61,886 bases of DNA, filler included, from Sphacelaria rigidula (GCA_964200075.2; 10 parts of 10 records of this genome joined end to end with filler, not necessarily neighbours in it); one strand, 5' to 3'. Counted from the first letter of the whole stretch, positions 36,427 to 50,559 are shown. Program-made: numbers and translations. The notes: a model not told the origin generated them from the sequence alone.

Positions 36427-39348
36427 GTAAGAGGTCTAGGATTGTTTCCCCTTGACCAGCGTGGAGAAAGTATCGTGTAGAGAAAGAGTGCGTATCTTCC
36501 GTGCTTTCCTTCTTGTCACGGACGAGGGCTCCTGTCTAAGGCTTCGTAATCGAAAAATCGAGACCGGGTGAAGGTCAACTATTCTTGGCGGGCGGTGCGT
36601 CTTGGGATGTGCGTGCAAGACGACAGTCGCATAACACGTAGCGACGAGTGCGCGGTGGTGTGCATGAATTGGGTACAAAGCGAGAACCTCTGCAGTCGAA
36701 GGGTCTTCAACACCCGCCGCTGCGCGAGTCACACCTCTTACGCCTTGTGCGATGTCGTAACTTTGTGTGTATAAAACTACACCCCTGTAGAAGAGGTGAA
36801 GTTACCGCACAAGTGTCGATGGAGAACTCCATCACTGCTTCATATCTGTGCGTTTTCTGCGCCAACGTTCAAGTAATACCACGGTTATGGGCGTGCCTGA
36901 CCCCCCCCCCCAAATGGGCAAAAAAAGTGTCACCGACCAATATCACGAACAGACACGAACAGACCGACTTCTGGGGCTTTTCCAGGCTCGTGGAGTAAAA
37001 TGCGCCTCACGTCATCGATAGAAAACGGCATGAATCCAAAATTCATATCGAAAAAAAGTGGACTGCCGTCTAAACCAGAACCCTACCGTTATTTNNNNNN
37101 NNNNNNNNNNNNNNNNNNNNNNNNNNNNNNNNNNNNNNTTAATTAATTAANNNNNNNNNNNNNNNNNNNNNNNNNNNNNNNNNNNNNNNNNNNNTTTATT
37201 AATCAATTAATATTCCCATCAGACATTTCTATCCGATCATATATACCACCCGCCCTCGCCCCTACTCCCCCCCCCCCCCCCCCCGGGCGCTAATCCCCTG
37301 TCTCGGAAGGGATGCGTAGTCAATGGTCAAACGACTAAGGCAAGCAAAAAATGAGTACGCCCCCCTCCTTCCCGATGGTTGGCGTCAGTTGGCAACGGCG
37401 CTGTGAAACACGCTACTCCCCGCGCAAGCTAGGCAACCACCAGGTTACCGTTTTTTTGCGCTCGCAGTTTTTCTTGCGGTAATCGTGATGGTGGTCAAGC
37501 TAGGTCATGCTGTGTAGGGTGGGGGACCTGAACTCCGCGCAAAGCGGGTAGTCTTATTACGTATTGTTTATATATGGTTAGACACCCATGAGGCAGTGTG
37601 TAACCCGTGGCTGTCTCCGAGAGTGATGATACCAGAAAATGAAGCAACGCATGATAGGCTGGCATTCATATTCAAGGTAGTCAGTGCGCTTCGGGCGGAA
37701 CAATCTTAGCAGGATCAGCTCACTCTTCATGCGACTCGCCAAACGGATCACGGCGCTTCGCGCTTGGTGATTGCGAGCCTGGTCCGGCGAAACACCCGGC
37801 GTACTCGTTCCCGGCTTCGTAGAGATGCGAGCGAGGTCAACCGTCTCATTATTACGGCATGAAAAATCATGAGTACACCCCTCTCCCTCCTCCCCTCCGT
37901 TTCTTAGACTGTAGGTGTAGTTTCGGGGAAGAGTCCAGGTCTTCATCTCCACCCCCCGCGAGAATATATCGGCGGTCAGCTTCAGGAGCTTTGGCATCAA
38001 ACTCGATTTGACTGTATGGGGGGACACTCTATCGTGCATAAAAGTAAAGTCACAAAGGACTTTTGTATCATGAAATGGAGTGGAAGGAGACGAAGATTAG
38101 CCTTCGAAGGGTTAGTGAGGAAAAAGATGAAGGGGAGGGGAATGGGAGGGGGGGAACCAATGACTAACTCGTGTCAGAGACATAGACATATGGCAGAATG
38201 GACGAACGACGGAAACTCGGGGTAATCCCACAAGATGCGACTTATCATATTCCCCGAGATCCTAGCTGCCCATACGTGGGTGGCCACGTGTGTACGAGAA
38301 CAGCGGCAGATACATGTCATCATTGGTGCCACAAGAGGAAGCTGGCCTGGTGGCTCCTGGATGCTTCGCATAATCGATTATCCCATAAGTATATCACATT
38401 ATTGTTTCACCCCTTGTCGCGGAAGCCGTCAACGAGAGCTGGTGAAAGAGTTGGTGAATACCAAGGGGGATCCTCTCTGACTCGATACTTACTGTAGGCA
38501 AGTCCAGTGAAAAAATCCAGTGTGTTGCTTCACAGCCGATAGCGACCGTATATTAACGCCTCGCGGGGTTCGTTTATTGATCTATGATAAATATGCAGAA
38601 GACCTTCACACACTTACAAGAGAAGATGGCCTTGCTGGTCGTAGACCACAAACCACGTATTTTCCCAGGCTCCTCTGCTACCTGCGTAGCAGACACAACA
38701 ACAAATGATTCCGCAAATCACGCGGGAGTGCGTTGGCGGCGTTGGGGAACAGGGTTGGTTGATGGTTGTTGATCGCAGGACACATACAGTATCAAAGCAA
38801 AGTCTGCAAGGGTCGGACAAATCAAGGATTCGTCCGGAAACTACTCGATTTTACTGCGATTGATTCGTACGGTACGAATCAGTCCTTACGCTTTGTTTTC
38901 AGCGTTGCAACCTAGGTACGCGCAGCCCAGGCACGTGGAATGGCGCAAAAGTTGCGTGGAGATCTGTTTGACCAGCGGCCGACTTTTTTTTCTCTCTTTC
39001 GATCGATCAGGCCTGAGAAATCGTGGATTTGGTGATTCGAACCGGCGATGATTCGTCCGAACCATGAAAGTCTGCTAAATTTCATAATTCTCGTCATGGA
39101 GGCATTCGTTCCCAAAGGATGACCGCTACTTACTCCTTCTTGAGTTGTCTCGCAGACAACAGTCGCCCGAAAGGGATCTTTCAGATTTTTTTCATTTTCG
39201 ACCATGCTACGACAGGCGTCCACTTTTTGCGCAAAATCTCGTCTGGCTCAGGGGCCCCTAACGATTCTAGATGCACAAGAATATGGGCCAGGGTGTCCCC
39301 GTTTGCAAATTGAATGGCGATAACCCTAGCCCATTGGAATAACCCGTC

Positions 39349-39695
39349 GCCGGTCGCCCCCGTGGCTCAGTTGCTAACCTCGAAACCTTTTGACGGTTGG
39401 GTCGCGGGTTCGAATCTCGGAGCGACCTGGGATTTTTTATCATGCCCAACAGTCGAGAGCGACTACGTCGTGGGTACACAAAATTCGACCTAACGGTCGA
39501 CGAGGAAAAGGACTGCTGAGCCGCTCTCGCGATAAAAATAAAAGGCAAGCACCGCAGAATGAAGGTGGGGTACTAAAAACAAATAAAAATAAAAAGCTCC
39601 TGTGTTGACCTTCCTCCTGCGTAACCCCGGCTGGTGCGCCCACAAAATATACCGAAATTTGCAGAATGGTGTCCAGAATAGATGGGACGACAACA
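39349..39695 (+). mobile_element. tRNA-derived SINE with a 10-bp target duplication
   Basis: A box tggctcagttg, B box ggttcgaatct; CATTGGAATA at 39332-39341 and 39698-39707. Confidence 0.87.
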
Positions 39696-40442
39696 TACAT
39701 TGGAATAGCAATCCTGGCGAACTATGAAATACGGAGTATTGAATAAGTCGTGTTGTGGATGAGATGAAGGGCTCCTAACAATTCTAACCTCAGAAAATAT
39801 TTGTGCACCCCTACCGTAGCATCGCTCTTTCACAGATTTTTGAATACCTGTACGACATTCGAGTTGTACTACGGGAGGGGTGCATATATTTTTTTCTGAG
39901 GCTCTCCTCACTTTCAGGGCCTCTCGATGACGAAACATCTGAGCCTCGTTTCAGTGTGCAGTCTACAAAAAAAATGGACGACGTAAAAAGTGGATCCCTA
40001 GCTTAGAATCACTTATTCCCACGTGTACTGTACTGCGTAGACTGTCTCGGGCCACGACAGTATCACGACGGGGAAAATATGAATGTATGGATCACTTCCG
40101 GATGCCCAAGCGATTTATTGCTTTCGACACCGGTGAGGTTGTCGAGAGACTGGAATCTGCGTGTGCTTCATCGTCAAAGAACATGCTGTTAGAAAACTGT
40201 TTCGGGCGTATTATACATTATTGGTATTGTTTCAGGGGCAATCATCACTACTTCTCCCGTATACTGCGGTGCAGGTCATGCACAGTAGGTGCTGTACACT
40301 ACCGTTGTTGTAGGGTACACCAAAAGTTATCCCATGTCCATTTGGAACTTCTACTCGTATATGGAGCTCAAGACGCCGTCGGCTCGTTTGAATCGTGAAT
40401 CCAAGTGTGTACGACAAGTCGGGCCCGCAGTTGCTCACTCAC

Positions 40443-40560
40443 CGTCGTTAGTCTCTTCTTTCGTGGGATACTGCTGCTCCTGTTGCTGGGTTGCGGCGCC
40501 GCTCTTGGCAGCTGTTGGTGACGCTGCTTCTGCCTGGGCTTGTTGGAGGGCGCGGCGCAT
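40443..40560 (-). CDS. Probable first coding exon of an unknown gene (MRRALQQAQAEAASPTAAK..ETND)
   Basis: gccgccgccATG start context, GC-rich codons, donor G|gtgagt; no domain recognised. Confidence 0.45.
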
Positions 40561-42320
40561 GGCGGCGGCATGATTGACGCGAAAGCAGGACATGATGTCG
40601 CTGAAGTGCCGGCGTTCTGTCGTATGTGCTATTATATAATGTGCGTCCCCGTCTCTATCTTGGTCTCGTACTGATGGTGTTGTGGCTTGGTGATAAGTGC
40701 AGTGTGTGAGTGGTGTAGTCCCCCTGGGTGGTATCATTCGGGCATATCATCCGCCCACAACAAATGGATACTAACTCAATACCTGTACGTGTAGTACTGT
40801 TGTATTGTAATATGAATATACATATCCTTTAAATTTTCGTGTATCATTCGACAAGCGGTTCGTATTTCGATGTTGATACTTAAATCAAGTAAGTCAACTT
40901 CAACCTACCAAGTGGTAGCATCACAATCCAGTACTTCCTAACCTCAACCCTGGATCAAACGAGCTGCGAACATCGATTCCTAGTGGTATATCAGAAATTT
41001 CCTCGCGTGCCAATTCTGCTTTCGGAACAGTTCTTCGAACACTTGCGTGCTTCACAGCCGTAGTAGCAGTGTACGAGCGCGGGACATTGCAATATATGTT
41101 TCGCAACAACAGTCAGTAGAGCAGCAGTGCAGTATACCGTATCCCTGTGCTGGCGAGTATGCCTGGAATAATGGTGGGGAAAGCAGGATGTCGGGGTTTC
41201 CGAGCCGCGGGCGGTGGGTCTCTTCGCTTGACGTTATACCAAATAATGTGGACGCAAAATATGTTTCTGCTGGCTGACCGTGGGTGCCCAAACTCTCTTC
41301 CTCTCACTTACTTGTCCACCACCGTCTCTTGAATGTACATGCAGTGGGAAAATGAGCAGTAGTACTCGTATGACATAGCCGCTTTCTGTACTGTTAGTTG
41401 TAGGTACTTTGTTGGGAGTCGGCAACAAGATCAACGGGTACTGATGCACTAAAAATCGCCTAGTATTATCACGTGCAGGGTTTCGTCTCGAATTCTGGAA
41501 ACGGTGCGGTTCCTCACATCCCGTTCGCAGCTTGCCTTGAACAGGGCTGCTGAAGTACATCATGGCGGAGAGAGGAAATGTCCAATATCAATCCAAGGGG
41601 GAGACTACAGAATGGGAGGTGAAAATAGTGGTGTCTTCGTTAAAGTTAGTTCAAAACAGATGGGAATGGAATTGTACAATCTGTTTCATCGTACTGTGCT
41701 TTTCTTGGATATACTGTAGTGGGTATAGTGCTTCTGTGTACCACCCTCCGCTCGTTGCGATTCACTTGTTCCAACTACGTTGGACAACACTCCCTTATGA
41801 AGCTCAACGACATTCTATAATTCCCCGGCAAGCCTTTCTGGAGAGGAACATCCCTGCACTATCATACGTATCCCTTGCTGTAGATCCTGTCGAAGATAAC
41901 TTGACCTTTCTGAAGCAAAGCAATCGTTTCTCTCACAAAGTAGTTTTTGCGATGTGCACGTCTTCGGTGTGTAACACCCCCGTTCGGGTGATGACGTCTC
42001 CACCTTCCAAGCCACTTCTCCTCCAGAGGGAAAGGCCGCGCACGGCCAGAATAACCCTTCGAATACGAGAACATTGACAAGAAATTGCTCACGATGCATA
42101 ATGCTGTGTCATTACCCAGGAAAGGTTATCGTGTACTGTACTCTTGGTCCAGTTTTTGCTCACGGCCTTGTTCTGTGGGTCCGATGCCTCTTTTTGTACC
42201 CCTAGCCTTTTGTACCCCCTGCACTGCAGCGAAACGGTATTGTACTGTTTTGGTTTCCATACGCTGACTTGGAAACTCCAACGTGCCTGACTGCTGTTAA
42301 CCCTTTGATCTCCACCCGGT

Positions 42321-42354
<34 letters not shown>

Positions 42355-42482
42355 ACCCACCACCCCCCCACCCTTCTGTTCTCCCCTAGCGTCCCTCCCC
42401 CACCNNNNNNNNNNTTTTTTTTTTTTTTGGTTCCCATACCCCAACTCGAAACCCCCAACGTGCCTGTCCCCTCTTAACCCTT

Positions 42483-42513
<31 letters not shown>

Positions 42514-42608
42514 ACAGATCGCCCAATATCACCTGGGTCTGTTGTTTTCTAAGTGGCACAACACACCTATAATACAGGCTGGTCCGCCTAAGACGCGGAC
42601 AGGGATGT

Positions 42609-43235
42609 GAACACGCGATTTAACAGCCGAGTTTCAGATCGTTTTCGATGAATTTTTGACACGATGTACAGGATGTATGTGCCAAGACGCCACCTTTTCC
42701 CCCAACATATATATATATATAGTTTTTTTTACGATTTTGTTCCGAAAAAACTGTTCTGAAATTTTCGGTCGCCGAGAACTCACGGGGAAAAAGACAATGT
42801 GAAGGGGAGAAAGTGGCGTCTTTGCACATACATCATGTACATCGTGTCTAAGTTTCATTGAAAACGACCTGAAACTCAGCTGTTAAATCGCGTGTTCGTG
42901 TCCAAGACTGGTTCCTTTGCGGAGATGAACCAGCCACGGAAAAATGAAACGCGATTATGCTGTTAAATTTCAAGTGATTTTTCACGAAATTTCGACACGA
43001 TGCGCATGAAGTATGTTTTGAACTCCCTGCAGTCCCCCCTTGACATGTTTTTGTTAAATGAGTTGTCGACGCTCTTGCCCAAGAAAAAACTGTTCCGAAA
43101 TTTAGATCACCAATAACATACGAGGAAAAACGAAAAAAAGAGGGGGCAAACGGTAGGGGATTCGCATATATCCCATGTACACCGTGTCAAAATTTCATGG
43201 AAAACAACTTCAAATTGAGCAGTGTAATCGCGTTT
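42609..43235. mobile_element. Two adjacent related foldback MITEs (42609-42897 and 42947-43235) with ~90-bp inverted arms
   Basis: gaacacgcgatttaacagc.. / ..gctgttaaatcgcgtgttc and aaacgcgatta.. / ..taatcgcgttt; the arms of the two elements resemble each other. Confidence 0.72.
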
Positions 43236-43509
43236 TTCTGCCGAGAACCGATTCACTTGCTTTTAGATTACAATAACCTCAGCCGGAACTTTNNNNNNNN
43301 NNNNNNNNNNNNNNNNNNNNNNNNNNNNNNNNNNNNTTAATTAATTAANNNNNNNNNNNNNNNNNNNNNNNNNNNNNNNNNNNNNNNNNNNNGGCCTCTC
43401 GAGGGACAGCCATAAGCACAAGCATACCAGGTGTACTAAGACAAGAACCTCATTGAGCTGGAAGGCGTAATTCGAACTTCGAACCTCAATATTCGTACTT
43501 TTTGTATTA

Positions 43510-43914
43510 CTCCGCGGATATCCGTGCATTTTTCGCGGATTACCGTATCGGTTTCACAGATTTCTGCGACGGTGCACCGCGGGGAATTGCCGCAGTTTGT
43601 GCGGTTTGTTCCACGGAGGGGGGCAATCCGCTCCGTGAAAAAATCCATGCGACATATATCCGCTCCGCAATAATCCACGACATTTTCATTGGCGGATATC
43701 CGCCCCGTGAAAATCCGTGATTTTTCCAACTGACGGATATCCGTTCCGCTCCGTACCATAGTCGAAAAACCCGCACCGCACCTTGACATTTTCGTTGGCG
43801 GATATCCGCTCCGTCATAATCCGTAGTTTTTCACACATACGGATATTCGCTCCGTGAGGTTTCGAAACAAAAAATCCGCAGCGCGGAGCGGATTGTCCTC
43901 CGTACACATCCCTG
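43510..43914. mobile_element. Probable hAT-like transposon end with subterminal repeats
   Basis: About 7 copies of (cgga)tatccgctccg, ending in catccctg (reverse complement CAGGGATG, Ac/Ds-like). The other end was not found. Confidence 0.5.
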
Positions 43915-45949
43915 CTAAATATCCTGTTGGGGTTAGCCGAGCGACGGGGCGCCTTTCTACTCTGTCTGCTCCCCCTCTTCTTTGAGGTAGATTGTCTACT
44001 TTTGTAGCGCGGCCGGGTTGGCGCCAACACGGCCAGGGTTCTTTTTTTTTTTTAGGGTGGTCACGGTTGGCCGTGGGGTTCGAAGTCCCCATCTGCTCAT
44101 GCCAAAAAATTATGGCCAGCGCCGGGGTGTTTTTTTGTTTTTGGCCACTTTGCTCAAAAGCTCGGTAAAATAAAGATGTACCGGGACAGAATTTGCTCAA
44201 TTAAATTAACGGGCGAAGCCCGTATCACAAGCCAAACCTCCCATACACATTCAAGGGTAACCCGAAGTGAATTTGAAAGGAGCGCGACTATAGCCAAGCG
44301 TTCAAACTCGGCACAGACCCAGAATTGAGGGCCTCTCCGGAATCGGACGGAGGACTAGAACATGGGGCATGCCCCTGTGTCACTACTAGACCGCAGCAAA
44401 AAAAACACTTGGGCCCTCTCTCATGTCTTGGAGCTTCCGCTGCCTGTACGGTTGTGGTGTGTTGACGCATTGCGAAGACGGGTCAGATCGCATGAACTGC
44501 GATATTATCGTTGTTTTCGTCGTTTCAGGAAATAGTGTTGGTCGGCACGCAGTGCTGGCTGCACACTATTGAAAACTTGATGGGTGTGTTGGCAGTTTCG
44601 TCTTCCGTGAGGCGAACAACGCGCTGTCCGTTGCTGCAACACTCCTGCTGGTGCTGTGCGTTGGAGGCTTGGACTGTACCGTACTTTTGTATTATGTTCA
44701 GTGTACTAATCTGTACTACAGTAGTCAGCGTCAGCAGTATGCGAAAATTCGCAATTTCTTAGTTTCTCATAGATTTTCCAAATTTTGTTTTGCTTGCCAC
44801 CGCTCATCACAGTGACTGTTGGATGCCAACAAATGGACATCTGGAGATACTTATCCTCTTGACAAATATCAGAAGGAAGAATACCTGCGATCAATATTGA
44901 GTGACTTACGGGCTTGACCAATCTTCGGTGGTCCTGCGAAAGTGCAGCCCCAGGTTTAAGCTTCTTGGTATTTTTGGTGGACCGACTCGATCCCGATCAT
45001 ATAAGTGAAGACTCGAAAATGATTTTTTTTTTATAGTCCACCTATTCACCGCGCTGAAGCCGGAAAACTATGTTTCTTGGACCATTTACGGTCGATAACA
45101 CCCTCCTCGGATAACACCCTCCTCATAAACGGGGTCTTTACTCCGTATCGCCCCCACAACACCAACCTGGGCATTGTGATTTGAGCTCGGTCTTCTCATT
45201 GTGCCAAAACTATCGACGCTGGCACTCTCGAGTGCTCATGGAAAATGATATGCGGAAAAAACACGAAAAGAGGCCGTCCGCATGAAATGCTAGACTGAGG
45301 TCTGTGCAGTTTAGGAGGGAAAAACGAGCTCGATCGTTATTGTGAAGAATTGTATACGTATTCATTCACCTGATTATTTATCGTTTCGTTGCGGAAGGGC
45401 CGGAAAACTGTTTTTTTTGGACAAGAAGGGTCAATAACACCCCGCCTGATAAGTGAGGTATCCGGTCCGTATCGCCCCAAAAATACCAACTTGGGCACCG
45501 TAGTTTGAGCGCGGCCTACGCTCTTCCCCTAAATCTGCCGGCGCTAGCAATTTCAAGCAGTAACGAAGAATAGTGCTCGAGAAAAACTCAAAAACTACAA
45601 CAACTACGAATTCTGAGGACTTGTGATCCTGACTACTATATCTATGAAACTGTATTGCGCTGGAACGCGCTACGAGATTAGACCGCACAAACACTAGGTT
45701 CTAGACTACTCCTCTTGCGATTCCCAAGCGAAATGGAGCTCTATGCTTGGTCGTTACCAAGCGAATCTGTCCCGCTCCAAATGCGATCTGCCAAAACCTC
45801 TACGCGTTCGAGACCCGTGGCTTTCATACCTGCGACACTGCCGCCACGCGCGTCAGCCGTGGTTTGCCACTAGTCTGACATATCAAGAGCGTAAATGTAT
45901 CTCCGCCCTGGTGTTTAATCAAGTGTCGAGTGAAGCCTTGTTCGGTATT

Positions 45950-46325
45950 TTAGCCAGCACAAAAATGTTGCAAGGGTTTCCAAAGATTGGCCAAGACGAG
46001 GGATACTCGGACGCTAGCTGCCAGTAGCATGCATTGAGGCACAGTGATGAAACGAACCCTCCTACACGCCGTCGTGCGCATGCATGACGAACGCCTCCCC
46101 AACATCGTCATGCGTGGAGTGATTATTGGGGGGAAGACGAGGGCAGGCCGACCGGCAAGGCGCCTACAAGACTGAATCACGGACTACTGCTCGTACTTCG
46201 GAGTAAATGCGACATCGTGGACGCAGGTTGCCCAAGATGTGTCCGAGTGGTCCCGAGTTGTAGAGAAAAGGGGCTAAGATGTTCATGACAGCCTGGACGA
46301 AAGCACGCCACGCAGAGGAACGTTT
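45950..46325 (+). pseudogene. 3' remnant of an RTE-like non-LTR retrotransposon ORF
   Basis: VVRMHDERLPNIVMRGVIIGGKTRAGRPARRLQD*ITD..FGVNATSWTQVAQDVSEWSRVVE matches the post-RT C-terminal pattern of RTE LINEs; stops and frameshifts present. Confidence 0.75.
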
Positions 46326-47374
46326 TGCTGTGCCACCAGTAGAGCTCCCCCAGTGCCTACCGAGGACCTCCAAACAGTAACCAGTAGTCCATCGGGTAGT
46401 ACACTCACCAGTACATCTACGGTATTTTGAAACAGCTGTGGTGGTGGTTTTTGAGGGTGCCTGAGGTTGTTTTTTGAGTTGCCTCCCGCCTGGTGGCATT
46501 GCGAATCCCTTCGTGTCATCTGTCTTTTCCTTTCTTGTCTTTTCTACTCTTTCCCTTTTATGTCGGTGTGCTTTTCTGAGCAGATCTGAAGCTTACATTT
46601 TTTTTCTCACCCCGTTGAACTCGGGAAAGCTACGTCTCATGTTTTTCTTGGCGTTTCTCGTCTAATTTTTATTTTGGCATTACTTGAGTTGAATATGGTT
46701 TCTCTTGTCATTAGGCTGGAGTCTAGAAAAAAATCATGGAGGACTTTCATGTCTTTCATGACGTAGCAGAGACGGTATTGGAAAGACGAGCCTACGTGTG
46801 TGACCACGGGTTCGAGAGATCGGACTAATGCGCGGAAATACTACTAAAGTCATATTTTTATGTCTTGATAGCAATAATAATATTAGTAGTAATAATAATA
46901 ATGGTAATGATTCTAATAATAATAATGATAACCAAGTTTGCAATTGGCACCAAAGGGGCAAGACGTTGACCTTCTGTGGTACATCCACGTGTTATGTTCG
47001 TGTTCATCCATGACGTGCATGGGTGATGCGCGCGCAAAGAGTGCGCCCAGGAAATGCCATCCCTACCCTTCTCGCCATTCTAATACTTGGTACGTCTCCT
47101 TCCCCCTACTCCCTCTAAAAGTAGGTCGTCCCTTTGTTCAGTCATTTTCCAGAGATCGAAATTTGGTCGCTGGCCACACCCCAAGTTTTGCCCAGAGCGT
47201 TGTTCGAACTTTCACTTGCGTGCGACTTACCTCTGTACCTATACTATGTCCTTCATGCGTCGAGCGAAAACTTTTAGGGTATTCTCTCCCTTTTCGTTAA
47301 GGGTCCCCCTTCCCCCTCGTCCCGCTGTGGTATTCGCGAATGCCGGATTATGTTTTCCCCGGAATCTCCGACAG

Positions 47375-47538
47375 GTATGCGTCCTACTTCGCCACGTACG
47401 AGGGTATCAAGCGGTTCTTGCTGTGGCGAGACAGAAACAAAGAAGATGGAATCATGCCTTCGCCGGCGATGGTGATGCTCAAGACGGCTGCGTCTGGTGC
47501 TGCTGCTGGGGTCATGGCTTGGCTCCCAGTTTACCCCG
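47375..47538 (+). CDS. Exon of a mitochondrial carrier (SLC25), carnitine/ornithine-carrier-like
   Basis: cag|G...CCC G|gtgag. YASYFATYEGIKR..SGAAAGVMAWLPVYP leads into the Px[DE]xxK signature. Confidence 0.85.
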
Positions 47539-48136
47539 GTGAGCTTGAATATCGGAGCGATAACAACCGTCTTGTTGGGTTCGGTCTTGATATGACCGGT
47601 GTGCGATATTTGTACTTATGTCACTCAGGTGTCAGTCAAGACCAGCTAGCTACATGGCTTCCCCCCGTGATGGGGCGCGCAGACTGCAGCTCCTAGCTGT
47701 TCATTATACCGGATTGCAGCATTCCAGCTCCTCTCTCACGGAGTGTGAAAACCTGATACCATGGAGATGAAACACTTGCGGAGTTTATCGATCATACCCG
47801 CAAGCCCGTCACCCATCAACCAGACGTGAAACATGAGTACTGCACGGTGTCCCGACTATATCCGTGCATCAAACCTAGGTAGCAAAGGTGGTAAGAATCT
47901 ACAGATCGCTTTTTTTTATGTGCCATTACCCTGTTTTCTCGTTTCAATGTTGCTGCCACCATTGTTGGTGGTGGTGGCCGTGATGGTGTTGGTTTCGTTA
48001 ATTGCCCGTTCATCATCGTCTGACAGGATATTCGCTCGTCCCACTCGAGACAGTAATAACAAAATCCCAAGCTCCATTCTCGTTTAACCTAGTCGAATAT
48101 TTGCAGCAGCAGCTCAACATACCTCCTCGGCATTAA

Positions 48137-49178
48137 CCCTTTGAGACCGACCCCGCACTAACACGGGGTTGACCCTGTGTTGGTGAAACAATAAAGAATA
48201 AGTGAGGGAGCGGCCTGCCCAATCATGGCGAGGCGAGATTTATCGACCAGACCCGAACGACCAGCGCGGGGACTATTGCCGAGTGTGATGTCACTGCAAC
48301 GATCGTGTGGGGGCCCTATCCCTGGCCCAGATGAACCTTCCCAGGTTTACAATGCCAGGATGGTCGCAGCTTGGTTTATGGTATCACTTGCATTCAGAAT
48401 AGCGTTCCCAGGATTTCCCGTGATTTTTTGGGTCGCCAGCCTATATTAGAACGTGGTAATGACACTAACACAGGGCGAAGCGGGAAAAGCCGGGGAGGAG
48501 TGTACATACCACCATATGGTCATTTTCACGAGGCACTAAAGCCAGGTGAACCGTGGAAATACAACAGGAGATACCGTCATGAACGCTGCTTATCCATTTG
48601 CCAATGACTTGTAGGACACTGTGAACATGTATGTAGCGGGCGGAGATGCAGAAGCGGAATAGAGGCAGCTGACATCCGTCGCTGAGAACTGCCCAGAATG
48701 TGCAATTGAGTATGCAGCGGTAGCTGCTGCTGCAGTCGGAGACGCGTACTGCACTGCTCTGTACTGTACTGTACTGTACTGTACTGTTTTGTACGTGCGC
48801 CGCAACGCCCATCCCCTTCGAAGAGAATTTGCCGCTTGCAACAAGGAGGGAAATCGCGGTCCACCCCGACCACAAAGGGCTGTGTGGCAAGGTGATGAGA
48901 ACAAAAAATACCATCCAAAGCCACAAGTGGCGGACGGCCCGCCGGTCGCCGTATCCTGTTGAATGCTCTCGACGGTGACCCATACTGCTCGCTCATCAGA
49001 TGTACATCACCTAATGCGCACCCCACCCGAATTACAGTTCCTATCTGCACCTGAATATGGATTGGTTGAAACTTTCGGTCTTCCTCCTAACCCTGCGTGC
49101 GGCGGTTTCGTGCAGACGCCAAGCACTTCATTCCTAACCAGCCTCATTGATCGTTCTGGAGGCACGGTCCCAAATGGG
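48137..49178 (+). mobile_element. ~1-kb non-autonomous piggyBac-like element (family F)
   Basis: TTAA|CCCTTTGAGACCG ... CGGTCCCAAATGGG|TTGA; inverted homolog at 53731-54677. Confidence 0.72.
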
Positions 49179-50559
49179 TTGAAACGGCTTTTGATGTTGT
49201 GAAAAAGTTGCCCGAATAACACACGTAGCCTACATCAAAATGTTAATTTATCATTTGTAGGACAGATGTATCCGCCGGTAGCCTAGCCCGAGGTAGCCCA
49301 GCCCCAGGTTTTCAGAGTTAGGGTGAAGTCTTCCTGGGGCAGGTTGTTGGTAAGGTAACGGCATTACTTTCCCCCCCCCCGCCCTGGTCCGGCGAGAACC
49401 CGGCGTGCTCCGTCCCGGCTTCGTAGGGGCGGGCCCCCGATGGGGTTGGCGTCGGTTGGGGGTGGTGCTTTGGAAAACGCCACTCACTACNNNNNNNNNN
49501 NNNNNNNNNNNNNNNNNNNNNNNNNNNNNNNNNNTTAATTAATTAANNNNNNNNNNNNNNNNNNNNNNNNNNNNNNNNNNNNNNNNNNNNCCCACGATAG
49601 GGGGGGGGGGACTCATGATCTGATAGGGGGGTGAGGGGGGGGGTTATTCCACGAAAAAAAGGGGTCATAGGTATGTCAGGCGATCCATCACACTTGCGGT
49701 GCTCCTGTAAAGGTCAAGCAGTATGAATGAGCGTTATTTATCAGTAACAAGCGCGTTCGAACGACCGTTGCTACTTTCAACGACGATTTGAAGTGGAATT
49801 TTGTGGAAGAGAGGGCCCAAAATACGCCCCCCTCCCCTATCGTAGCATGGCTCTTGCTTGCAATAAAAAATGACGGCCGGGTACCCATACCCGTATTCCT
49901 AGATACCCTGGATCTTTACGGTAATTGCACCAGCGGGTACCGTGGGGGTACTTGCGATATCGAGTGCCGAAAATACTGAGTATTCCAAAGCATACGAGGC
50001 ACTCGTACCGACTAGCAGGCGTACCGATGTTCCAGGGTAATCGGAGTATGGATCTCTCGTACCCGCATCTGCATCCTACTCAGACTTGGCAACCTTTGCG
50101 CGTTTGTACACTACTGCTGTATGTATCTGCAAGGAATTTCTTATGCTCCCACATCTTTCTCGAGGTTGCTTTGTGTTTTTTCGTCGATTTTTTATGCAAT
50201 TTTTCATGGATTTTTTACTGTTTTTTTGTTCGTTTTTTTTCTTCTTTGCAGCTAGCGCTACTGGATGCGGAGGATCCCAACCCGCCTAATGGTCTTCACC
50301 TTCAGGTGAATATATGAGAAAAAATGAGAAGCCAAGACCGTTTTAGTGCTGCTGGTTCGGCGTTTGCTTTTGGTCAAAGAATATGACCCTATAGAAGGTG
50401 GCCCGAAACGGATAGCCGAAATGATGACATGGAGTGCTTCATCTCAAGTGGATGATGACTTGACCTGAAAAAGTGATCGGTATTGAAACTGTTCTAGAGT
50501 AGTGGAACATGACGTTTCAGCGTCAAAGAGTTGGCAAAAACGAAAAAGGTACGACAGAT

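Noticed and set aside
39349..39425. Functional tRNA gene (also 18598-18668, 34060-34133, ~25740-25790)
   Set aside because: A and B boxes are present but there is no convincing cloverleaf, and the head continues into a shared ~350-bp SINE body in the complete copies.
42250..42515. Direct duplication around poly-C tracts
   Set aside because: The two copies flank an N gap and the second is C-biased and degraded, typical of poor reads through a homopolymer.
45090..45525. ~100-bp diverged direct repeat pair as LTRs of a TRIM
   Set aside because: No TG..CA ends, PBS, PPT or TSD seen.
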